DNA of 64,000 bases from an uncultured Planctomycetaceae bacterium (GTDB taxonomy: Bacteria; Planctomycetota; Planctomycetia; Planctomycetales; Planctomycetaceae). The stretch is from the NCBI GenBank assembly GCA_963815195.1, contig CAWFGE010000013.1, positions 736,001-800,000 of the forward strand, written 5' to 3'. Position 1 is the first letter of the stretch; each line of letters starts with the position of its first letter. This document shows positions 53,048 through 61,599 of the stretch, one piece after another. The notes beneath the pieces were generated by a model. That model did no database searches. It saw only the letters and a list, made by a program, of their open reading frames with translations, and had not been told where the DNA came from. Both the position numbers and the translations under genes were made by a program.

Positions 53048-53268
53048 AAAACTCTCCGGGAAGCGGATGGGGTGAAAATTCGCTATTCACGAATTCCACG
53101 CGACCGGCCCTCATTCGTCAAGAGGAAATCCGATCCGCCCCAGCCCACCGCCGGCACCGCTTGTTGAATTGGGCCTGGGAGATGATATTATGGCCCCCAC
53201 CTTGCCGGCTGTTCGATTCCTGCTTCGAGAATCCTTCCCGAAAACCAAAAGCCGATTGGAAACCCATC

Positions 53269-53706
53269 ATGAGTGCAGCACAGCGTGCGAAAGAATTGGG
53301 GATTGATTTTCCCGCACAGAAACCGGGCTATTTGAACTTGTGCATCCGCACGGGGAATCTGCTGATCACGTCCGGCCACACCAGCGACAAGAAAGGCGTC
53401 CTCGGCAAGGATTTGACCGTCGAAGACGGATATGAAGCCGCCAAGGACTGCGCGATCAAAATCCTCCGCTCGGTCCACAACGAACATGGTAGCCTGGACG
53501 GGCTCCGCGTCATCAAGCTCCTGGGCTGCGTGTATTCCGCACCGGACTTCACCGACCAGCACCTCGTCATCAACGGGGCCTCGGATTTGCTCCACGAAAT
53601 CTTCGGCAAAGAAGGCGACGGCTTCCACGCCCGCAGCGCCCTGGGCTTCGCCGCCCTCCCCACCGGCGCCTGCGTCGAAATCGAAGCCATCTTCGAAATC
53701 AAATAA
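53269..53706 (+). CDS. RidA/YjgF family protein
   Basis: RTGNLLITSGH, DQHLVINGASDLL, HARSALG...LP...VEIE. Confidence 0.9.
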   Translation: MSAAQRAKELGIDFPAQKPGYLNLCIRTGNLLITSGHTSDKKGVLGKDLTVEDGYEAAKDCAIKILRSVHNEHGSLDGLRVIKLLGCVYSAPDFTDQHLVINGASDLLHEIFGKEGDGFHARSALGFAALPTGACVEIEAIFEIK

Positions 53707-53727
53707 TAAACGCCCGCTAATATTCAG

Positions 53728-53885
53728 TTTTAACGCAAAGACCGCCAAGAGAAGACGCAAAGGGCCGCAAAGAAATAATGCAAAACGTCCGACTGCTTTA
53801 GATGTTCGTCGGACTGAGAAAATGGAATAAGGCTAAAGACTCCTTCGCGGTCTTTGCGTCATCCCTTTGCGTCTTTGCGTTAAAA
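53728..53885. repeat. REP-like inverted repeat
   Basis: TTTTAACGCAAAGAC...GTCTTTGCGTTAAAA with internal CGCAAAG / CTTTGCG sub-repeats. Confidence 0.8.
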
Positions 53886-53922
53886 ACCGCATTAAACCCA
53901 GCCCGCAGGAAAGGTGTTTCTG

Positions 53923-55725
53923 ATGACGGAATTTGCTTTGGTGTGGGATTTGGATTCGATCTTGCCGCACCCCCAGACCCAGGAGTTTCAGCAGGTCTTT
54001 CAAGAATTCCGCGAAGACCTTCGGCAGCTTGCGGAGCGTTCCGAAAGTTTGCCCTCGGCCAATGGCGACGGAGAAACCGCCGCGGCTTGGCGGGAGTTTT
54101 TGAAGGATTACGAAAACGTCGCCGCCCGCGGGTCGGAGTTGTCTGCGTTCATCGGTTGCCATGCCGCGGCCGATGCCGACAACAAACTGTTCCAGCAATA
54201 CGAAGCCCGCCTCTCGACGCTCTCGCCGCTCAAAGCCCAGATCGCGACGAACCTGGAGTTCGCGGTCAAGCAGTCTTCGGAGGCCGACTTGGCCGCGATG
54301 ATCTCCGCCGATGCTTACCTGGAGGAAATTGAGTTCTTCCTCGCGGAAGCCAAACGCAACGCAACGCTCCGTCTGCCCAAAGAGCAGGAACTGCTCGCGG
54401 CGGACCTGGCGGTGGACGGCTTCGAGGCCTGGGGGCGATTGTACGACCGTATCTCGGGGGGCCTTCGGATCGCCGTGATGGAAAAAGGCGAAGTCGTCAA
54501 AAAGTCCGTCAGCCAGGTGCAGTTCGACATGCCCGAACGCCCGGTCCGCGAGAACAACTTCTACGCGGCCGACCTTGCCTGGAACAGCATCGCCGACACC
54601 TGCGCCGACGCCCTCAACCACATCGCCGGCACCCGGCTTACGCGGTATCGCCGGCTGGGACTGAAGGATCATTTGGAGGCACCGCTCCGATGCAATCGGC
54701 TCCAGCGGGAAACGCTCGATACCATGTGGTCGGCCATCAGCGGCCGCAAGCAGATGCTCGTCGATTACTTAAACGCCAAGGCCCGGCTGTTGGGCATCGA
54801 CCGCTTGGCCTGGTACGACCAAGCCGCGCCGCTTCCCGCGGGCAAACCCGGCGGCGAGGCTCTGTCCTGGGATGAAGCTTGCCGGACGACGATCGAGACT
54901 TTTCACGGCTTCAGCCCGGAGTTCGGCGAGTTCGCGGAACGGGCGCTCGCGGAAGGCTGGATCGAAGCCGAGAACCGCGCGGGCAAACGCCAAGGTGGAT
55001 TCTGCACCAATCTGCCGGTCAAACAGCAGTCGCGGATCTTTATGACCTTCACCCACTCGCCCGACAGCATGTCCACGCTGGCCCACGAACTGGGGCACGC
55101 CTACCATTCGCACGTGCTCCGCGATCGGCCGGTGTTTCTCCGGGACTATCCCATGAACCTCGCGGAAACCGCTTCCACCTTCGCCGAGGCCGTCTTGGGC
55201 AAAGAGCGGCTGGCCCGCGCCCCGTCGAAGGAGGAAAAACTCTCCATCCTCGACGGCATGCTGGGCGATTCGATCGCGTTTTTGATGAACATCCACGCGA
55301 GGTTTCTGTTTGAAGACGCCTTCCATCAAAAACGGGCCGAAGGCGAACTCTCCGCCGACGAGTTTTCCGGCCTGATGCTCGCCGCCCAGAAGGAAGCCTA
55401 CGCAAACGCCCTCGCCGACGAGGGCTGGAACCCCCGCTTCTGGGCCTCCAAACTCCACTTCTACATCACCGAGATCCCGTTCTACAACTTCCCCTACACC
55501 TTCGGCTACCTGCTCTCCCTAGGCGTCTACGCCATGGCCGAGGGCCTCGGCAAAGACTTCCCCAACCAATACCGAAAACTCCTCATCGCCACCGGCTGCC
55601 AGGAAACCGAACAAGCCGTCCAAACCACCCTCGGCCAGGACCTGACCAAACCCGATTTCTGGAATAAAAGCCTCGACATCGTGGAACAACGCGTCCGGCA
55701 GTATTTGGAACTGGCGGCGGGTTGA
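53923..55725 (+). CDS. M3 family oligoendopeptidase (PepF-like)
   Basis: WDLDSI, RAGKRQGGFC, TLAHELGHAYH (HExxH), AETASTFAE, FYNFPYTFGY. Confidence 0.93.
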   Translation: MTEFALVWDLDSILPHPQTQEFQQVFQEFREDLRQLAERSESLPSANGDGETAAAWREFLKDYENVAARGSELSAFIGCHAAADADNKLFQQYEARLSTLSPLKAQIATNLEFAVKQSSEADLAAMISADAYLEEIEFFLAEAKRNATLRLPKEQELLAADLAVDGFEAWGRLYDRISGGLRIAVMEKGEVVKKSVSQVQFDMPERPVRENNFYAADLAWNSIADTCADALNHIAGTRLTRYRRLGLKDHLEAPLRCNRLQRETLDTMWSAISGRKQMLVDYLNAKARLLGIDRLAWYDQAAPLPAGKPGGEALSWDEACRTTIETFHGFSPEFGEFAERALAEGWIEAENRAGKRQGGFCTNLPVKQQSRIFMTFTHSPDSMSTLAHELGHAYHSHVLRDRPVFLRDYPMNLAETASTFAEAVLGKERLARAPSKEEKLSILDGMLGDSIAFLMNIHARFLFEDAFHQKRAEGELSADEFSGLMLAAQKEAYANALADEGWNPRFWASKLHFYITEIPFYNFPYTFGYLLSLGVYAMAEGLGKDFPNQYRKLLIATGCQETEQAVQTTLGQDLTKPDFWNKSLDIVEQRVRQYLELAAG

Positions 55726-55819
55726 TGGGAAAAGCAGGCTGGGCATCACGGGCGATGTCCAACCTGCGTCACTTGGTGAAGCCGCTCCGAGCGTCACGCA
55801 TTGGCATGCGACCCACCGA

Positions 55820-57627
55820 TTATGTCGAGACAGTCGTTGGGGGCAGAGACTCGATGAGTTCGCCGGAGAGTCCGAGTTGAATTGCGCTGGGATGGTCGGA
55901 CAACGGCCGGAACCGTTCCCAGTTGACCAGTTCGATTTTCAGGTTTTTCGAGTCATAATCGTGGATGTAATGAAACAGCGTTTCGACGGTTGTGTGGTCC
56001 ACGAGAGCAACCAGCGGACTGAAATGCAGCTTGACGGACCGGCTTTCGGGCGGGATTTCCTGCAGTTCGCGAATTACATGAAACAGATTGAAGCACACCA
56101 ACGGCCGATTCAGGTAAAGCTGGTAAACGCCATCCGTCAGCTCGCGGCGTTCCACGGGATTGCGAAACAGGCCCAAGATTCGGATCAACAGATTCGGGCG
56201 AGCTTCCCGATATCCATTCAGACGGTAGGCCACCCCCAAGTACCACAGATTCACGATCAGCTTGAGGCCGACGCCCGCGGCGATTCCGATGAGAAGATCG
56301 GTCGTCACGGTCACGAAGACAGTCACGGCGAAGATCGCGATGTGCTCCGTTCCAATCTCGGCGACGTGTTTCCAGACCTTCGGCCGGCAGAGTTTGAATC
56401 CGATGAAAACCAGAATCGACGCGAGTACGGCCAGGGGGACCATGTTGATGAGGTTGCGGGCGAACAGCAAAAAGGTCAACAGAAAACAGGCGTTGTAAAA
56501 GTTGGCCCACTGGGTCCGGCCGCCGCCGATGATGTTCGCCGTGCTCTTGACGATTCCGGGAATGATCGTCAGTCCGCCCAGCATGCTCGACGCGAAATTT
56601 AACCCGCCCATCGACTGGAGCGTGCGATCCGGGTCCGAGCGGCGCTTGTACGGATCGAGTTTATCGACCGCCATGATCGTGGCCAGCGATTCCGTCCCAT
56701 CGATCAACAGCAGCACGACGATGATATAGGCCAACGGCAGCCAGGTGGCCGGCGTGCTGAAGATGCGGTCGAAATGCGGCATGACGATCCCGCGCGTAGC
56801 GGGTTCTCCGGGATTTGGATCAGGTTTGCCGATCCCAGATTCAGAAACAGCGAACTCACGACCGTGCCGAGGAAAAACGCCCACACGGGCGGCGGCATGA
56901 GCTTGAACAGCTTCCACGGAACCGCGGCGAGCGCGAACAAGATCACAATGCAGCCCAGGCCCAGGCCGAAGACTTGGACATTCATCGTGGCGAGCTTCTG
57001 CGGCGTCTCTTTGAGGATTTCCCAGAACTCGTGCGATTCAAACGGCTGGCCCAATAACAGCGGGAACTGTTTGACGATGATGATCAGCCCGATCGCCGCG
57101 AGCATGCCTTCAATCGCCGCGGATGGAAAAATCGCGGACAACCGGGCCACCTTCAGCCGAGCCAGCACGACTTGCAGGATGCCGGCAATGCAGATGGCGA
57201 CGAGCACCAAGGGATAGCCGACCTTGAGCAGCTCGGCCTGCGGGGCCTCTTTGCCCAGATACGCGGTCGAGAGCATGATCATCCCGGCAAACAGAGCCGG
57301 GGCCAAGCCGGCGGCCGGCCCGCTGATCGTCACGTAGGAACCGCCCAACATGGGCAGGAGGAAACCGGCAATAATCGCGGACATGATTCCGCAGATCGGC
57401 GGCGCTCCCGACGTGATCGCGATGCCCATCGAAAAGGGCAGCGAAATCATCGCCACCATAAAGCCGGACCGCAAGTCGTACCGCCAATGCTTGAGGCCGG
57501 CGATTCCGTTTTGAGGCGTTGCCAACTCGGCCGGCGGAGCGGATCGCCGCGTGCTCTGGGCGACAATGTTTCGTCTTGTATGTAAGTCATCGTGAACGGC
57601 GACATCCGTCGAACTTTGCAATTGCAT
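55820..57627 (-). CDS. SulP family inorganic anion (bicarbonate/sulfate) transporter with reduced STAS-like C-terminus (frameshift near 56797)
   Basis: DLRSGFMVAMISLPFSMGIAITSG, TISGPAAGL, ESLATIMAVDKLDP, KSTANIIGGGRT, VPLAVLASILV, TDLLIGI, VDHT; GGAG 9 nt before the ATG. Confidence 0.92.
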
Positions 57628-57794
57628 GAATGAGATCTCCGAGAGGAACTTCCTCGCAGCCGTTCAGCAAAAATGGCTGAGCAGCCAGGGCATTGGGGGG
57701 GGGGGAAGAGAAGGCCGGTACAGGCGGAGGCAGCGCATGAAAAGGCGCAGCGGTTCACGACCGCCGCAGCAGCAGAGCGGGAGCGCTAGAGAAG

Positions 57795-58130
57795 TTAAGC
57801 CGGTGGGCCGCGAGAGAGCCGGGCCTCAGTGTGCCCAGAAGGAAGGCAAATTCTGGGAGGAGAGATTGAGCGGCGGGTTCCGCAACAAGCATCCACAAGA
57901 AGCGAATCGTGGAGCAGGCAGTCGGCGAAAGCCTCGGGATGGTCATCCTCAACCTCTTCCGCCGACTCGGCCTGTTCGATGAGGATTGGCGGCCCGTCGA
58001 AGAAGCCGAGTTTCTTCCAGTCCCCCATCAGGTTGAGAAAGAGGGCGGCGAGCAGAGCCAGCAGAACGGTTTGCCTTCTGCCGTTCGACCGAATCAACAT
58101 CTGAGCTTTAGCGGATCGGTTTCGCCACAT
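57795..58130 (-). CDS. Putative leader/arrest peptide (signal-like N-terminus, Cys/His cluster, C-terminal RGPP); start may be 58172, 58130 or 58100
   Basis: RRQTVLLALLAALFLNL...EEVEDDHPEAFADCLLHDSLLVDACC...LSRGPPA-stop, 167 bp upstream of SulP on the same strand. Confidence 0.6.
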   Translation of the reverse strand: MWRNRSAKAQMLIRSNGRRQTVLLALLAALFLNLMGDWKKLGFFDGPPILIEQAESAEEVEDDHPEAFADCLLHDSLLVDACCGTRRSISPPRICLPSGHTEARLSRGPPA

Positions 58131-58168
58131 AGGGTGTGACCTTCGGCGTCGATTTACCAAATGGACGA

Positions 58169-58476
58169 TCAAGCGGAACCCACAAGGTCTCCGCTGATAT
58201 CCACCAGATCCTTAAAGCAGGTGATGGAAAACTGGCTCATCTCTTCGCGGACGAATTGCAACAGTTGCTGGGCGAGATGCCGGGGTCCCAGGGCCTCGAT
58301 GCGGACGTGGGAGGATTCGGCGAAGACATCGTGAACGATGTTCCGCGCACGCGCCCCGTGCAGTGCACCGTCCAATACGCGGTGAATCCCAGCCGCTCGA
58401 TTTCCCGAATGAGGAGTTGTTCCGCCGCGGATTCCGCCATCAGGATAACTCGGTTCGTAATGTGAACTTCTGGCAT
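58169..58476 (-). CDS. P-II-like (SbtB/DUF190-like) small regulatory protein (frameshift near 58350)
   Basis: The corrected reading MPEVHITNRVILMAESAAEQLLIREIERLGFTAYWTVHCTGRGARNIVHDVFAESSHVRIEALGPRHLAQQLLQFV... (about 102 aa) fits the P-II fold pattern (G-x-x-x-Y, G-R-G T-loop entry, V-R-I-E). Confidence 0.72.
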
Positions 58477-58567
58477 AAGGCACCTCGGAAATAAGGGAGC
58501 GGCCGGCGTTCACCGTTCAGGCCAAGTCCTTCCCGGTGGGGAAAATCCTTGCGACGGCCCCTCGTCA

Positions 58568-58628
58568 TTAAATACTACCCTTGTCTAATTAAAAAATTCA
58601 ATCGTATTTTAATTAAATTTTTATAAAT
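58568..58628 (-). promoter_or_regulatory. AT-rich promoter/operator upstream of the P-II-like gene
   Basis: Strongly AT-rich island; minus strand TTGAAT-18 nt-TAGTAT; TAATTAAA direct repeat at 58586 and 58610. Confidence 0.5.
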
Positions 58629-58722
58629 CGAGGATACCCGTTCCAAAGGAATCGGGCGGGAGTTGCCTTAGCGGTGCCGGCGAAAACCCGCGACGGCAGG
58701 ACACGAACGGAGAGGCCGCGGC

Positions 58723-60126
58723 TTAGGAGATGGCGGCGGCGGCGGCGGACGAACGCGGAAGTTCGACGATGACCCGCGTCCCCGCGCCGAGCGTGCTTTC
58801 CATGCGGATCGTGCCTTGGTGCGCCTCGACGATCGACTTGCAAATCGCCAGCCCCAATCCGGTCCCCCCCATGTGCCGAGACCGGGCCTTATCGACCCGG
58901 CGAAAGCGGTCAAAGATATGAGGCAGGTCTTCGGGGGGGATGCCCGGACCGTTGTCGGCGACAATCAGGCGGGCACGATCCGGCAGATACTCGCCTTCGA
59001 TCCGCACCCGTCCTCCCGAGGGCGTGTATTGAATGGCGTTGTCGAGCAGATTCATAAACATGCGGCGGAGCCGCACCGCGTCCCCCGGAACCGTCCACGC
59101 GCCGATTGGCCCGGTTTCAATCGTGATCTGCTTTTGATTCGACGCCATGTGCAAATCTTCGATGGCGGTTTCGAGAATCTGGTCCACGCGAACGGGCTCG
59201 CCCGAACTGGGCTCCACGCCGTGATCTTCCCGGCTGAGGTCGAGCAGTTGGTTCGTCAGCCGGCTCAAGTGAATCGCCTCCTCCAAAACGATCTTGAGCG
59301 AATTCCGGTATTCTTCGGTCGTCTGGTCCGCCATCAAGCTGACTTCCACCTCGGTGCGGAGCGCGGTCACCGGGGTTCTGAGGTCATGGGCGGCATCGGC
59401 GGTGAAACGGCGCATTTCTTCAAACGACCGATGCAGGCGGTCGATCATCTCGTTGAGCGTTCTTGCCAAACGGGCCAATTCGTCCCGGGATTCCGGCACG
59501 TCGATCCGCTGGTCCAACCGCCGCACGGTGATCTGCTCCGCCGCCGAAATCATTTTGTCAATCGGCGTCAAGGCCCGCGAGGAGACGAAATACCCGACCC
59601 CCACGGCCGCGAGAAACACCATCGGCAGCGTCGTGAGCAGGGTCAAGGCAAAATCCCAGACTTCGTTCCGCTTGTCCAGCGTCGAACGGCCGATCTCGAT
59701 CGAAAGCGGGCCGATCGCGCTGGAGGCCGTCGTCAGTACGGTCCGATGTCGCCCCGTCTTGTTCGTCTTGGTGAGATGCCGCCGACCCGGCTGACTATGC
59801 CACAATTTTTCGAAGCTCGTCGGAAGCGTATCCGTTTCCGCCGGGCTGACGAAGAGGACGTTTTGGTCGGGCGCGGCGATCTTGATTTCCAAATCGCCGT
59901 GGCGCGTGGCATATTTTTCAAGCGCGGCCACGAGTTCTTTACGATCCGACGCATTTCCGACCTGTGATTCGAGGGCGTCGAGATTGGCATTCAACCGCGC
60001 ATCGATGACCGCCGTCAAACGCCAGTCCATGAGGAAGTAGATCCAGAAGCTGCGGATCAGGAGCAAAAGCATCATGGCCGCCCCGAACCAGAGAGTCAGC
60101 CGCCAACGAATGTTCAATCGGCGCAC
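58723..60126 (-). CDS. HAMP-domain sensor histidine kinase (CusS/CzcS-like architecture)
   Basis: Two TMs, HAMP (DELARLARTLNEM), FTADAAHDLRTP, NLLDNAIQY, DNGPGI, GGTGLGLAI. Confidence 0.93.
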   Translation of the reverse strand: MRRLNIRWRLTLWFGAAMMLLLLIRSFWIYFLMDWRLTAVIDARLNANLDALESQVGNASDRKELVAALEKYATRHGDLEIKIAAPDQNVLFVSPAETDTLPTSFEKLWHSQPGRRHLTKTNKTGRHRTVLTTASSAIGPLSIEIGRSTLDKRNEVWDFALTLLTTLPMVFLAAVGVGYFVSSRALTPIDKMISAAEQITVRRLDQRIDVPESRDELARLARTLNEMIDRLHRSFEEMRRFTADAAHDLRTPVTALRTEVEVSLMADQTTEEYRNSLKIVLEEAIHLSRLTNQLLDLSREDHGVEPSSGEPVRVDQILETAIEDLHMASNQKQITIETGPIGAWTVPGDAVRLRRMFMNLLDNAIQYTPSGGRVRIEGEYLPDRARLIVADNGPGIPPEDLPHIFDRFRRVDKARSRHMGGTGLGLAICKSIVEAHQGTIRMESTLGAGTRVIVELPRSSAAAAAIS

Positions 60127-60515
60127 GGCGGCCCCTCCTGCCCAGATGCGGCTTCGCCGCGCGTGCGCAACTCGTTGATTTTCGCGGCGAAGTCGGTAAA
60201 GGCAAACGGCTTAATCAGGAATGCGTCGGCCCCCAGTTCTCGACTCCGCGCGCGCTCGCCCGGCGTGTCTTTCGCCGTCAGAATCAGGATCGGTTTGGGA
60301 AACCCCTGCTGACGGAGTTCTTGGAGCACCTCAAATCCGCTCTTGCCGGGAAGCATCAAATCGAGGACCACGAGGTCCACCGGTTGACTCATCGCCAGAG
60401 GCAGGCCCTCTTCCCCCGTTTCCGCCGTGAGCACGTCGTACTTCAGAACTTCCAGCCCGCGCTTGAGACTTTGCAGCAAATGCGTATGGTCTTCGATGAT
60501 GAGAATGCATGTCAC
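60114..60515 (-). CDS. Single-domain response regulator (receiver only)
   Basis: ILIIED, VLDLMLP, ILILTA, GADAFLIKPF; ends without an output domain. Confidence 0.88.
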   Translation of the reverse strand: MTCILIIEDHTHLLQSLKRGLEVLKYDVLTAETGEEGLPLAMSQPVDLVVLDLMLPGKSGFEVLQELRQQGFPKPILILTAKDTPGERARSRELGADAFLIKPFAFTDFAAKINELRTRGEAASGQEGPPCAD

Positions 60516-60565
60516 TCTGGACTTCCCCCGGAAAGAGCCTTCATCGAGCGCTCGGGGTGCGCCGG

Positions 60566-61270
60566 TCAGTCCGATTCCCTCGTCTCGTCGTGGTCCCCGT
60601 CATCGCGAAGGGTGTATCCCACCCCGCGCACCGTGTGGATCAGTTTTTTCGAGCCCGGACGGTCCATTTTCTTTCGTAAAGCATTAATGTACACATCCAC
60701 CACGTTGGTCGCCAGGCTTTGCGGCTCTTGCCAGACATCCCGCCAGATCGTTTGACGATCCAGCGTCTCATTTTTGCGGCGGAGCAGGTATTCCAAAAGC
60801 CGGTATTCCAATTTGCTCAGATTGATTTCGTGCCCCGCCCGCATGGCGGTCTGCGTCGGCACATCCACCTCCAGATCATCCGCTGTCAGAAGCCGTTGCC
60901 GACCCGGGATCCCGCGGTTCATCAGCGCCCGCAGGCGGGCCAACAGCTCTTCAAAAGCAAACGGCTTCACCAAATAGTCGTCGGCCCCCTCGTCGAGACC
61001 TCGCACACGGTCGGCGACCGAATCCCGAGCGGAAAGAATGAGCACGGGAACCCCCAGGCCGTTGTTTCGCAGTTCCCGCAGAATTTCCAGCCCGCTGCGT
61101 TTCGGCAGCATAATGTCGAGCACGATGGCGTCAAAATGTTCCGTGCTTGCCAGGTAAAATGCCGCCTCCGCCGTTTCCGCCGTCTCCACATCATACCCCG
61201 ACGCCTTCAGTCCGCGTTCGAGGCTTTGTAACAATCGCTTGTGATCTTCCACCACCAAAACGCGCTGCAC
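60566..61270 (-). CDS. OmpR/PhoB-family response regulator
   Basis: VLVVED, VLDIMLP, GADDYLVKPF, TNVVDVYINALRKK, IHTVRGVGY. Confidence 0.94.
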   Translation of the reverse strand: MQRVLVVEDHKRLLQSLERGLKASGYDVETAETAEAAFYLASTEHFDAIVLDIMLPKRSGLEILRELRNNGLGVPVLILSARDSVADRVRGLDEGADDYLVKPFAFEELLARLRALMNRGIPGRQRLLTADDLEVDVPTQTAMRAGHEINLSKLEYRLLEYLLRRKNETLDRQTIWRDVWQEPQSLATNVVDVYINALRKKMDRPGSKKLIHTVRGVGYTLRDDGDHDETRESD

Positions 61271-61599
61271 AATTTGTTTCCTTTGCGAATCCTCCCTGAT
61301 TATACGCCGAGTTTATGAAGATGAGTAGCGAACATTTTCATGATCGCACTTTAGCGGTTTAACCCTTGGGATGTCCTTGTCGAGGAAGATTCCGCGGTCA
61401 GCTTAACAAACACCCCGCCCCGCCCCCTTTCTTGTCCGCGCTCTTTCACGTCCCCTTGGGGAGGTCGGACGCGGGAGCGGCCGGGTGGGGAGCGTCTGAT
61501 GCGAGGCGGTTTTCAACTTGGCCAATGAACCGGCCGATGCGAGCGAAATCTCGGACGCCGGTGCAAAGGATCGGGCGATTGGGGGACATGCTCCGGATT

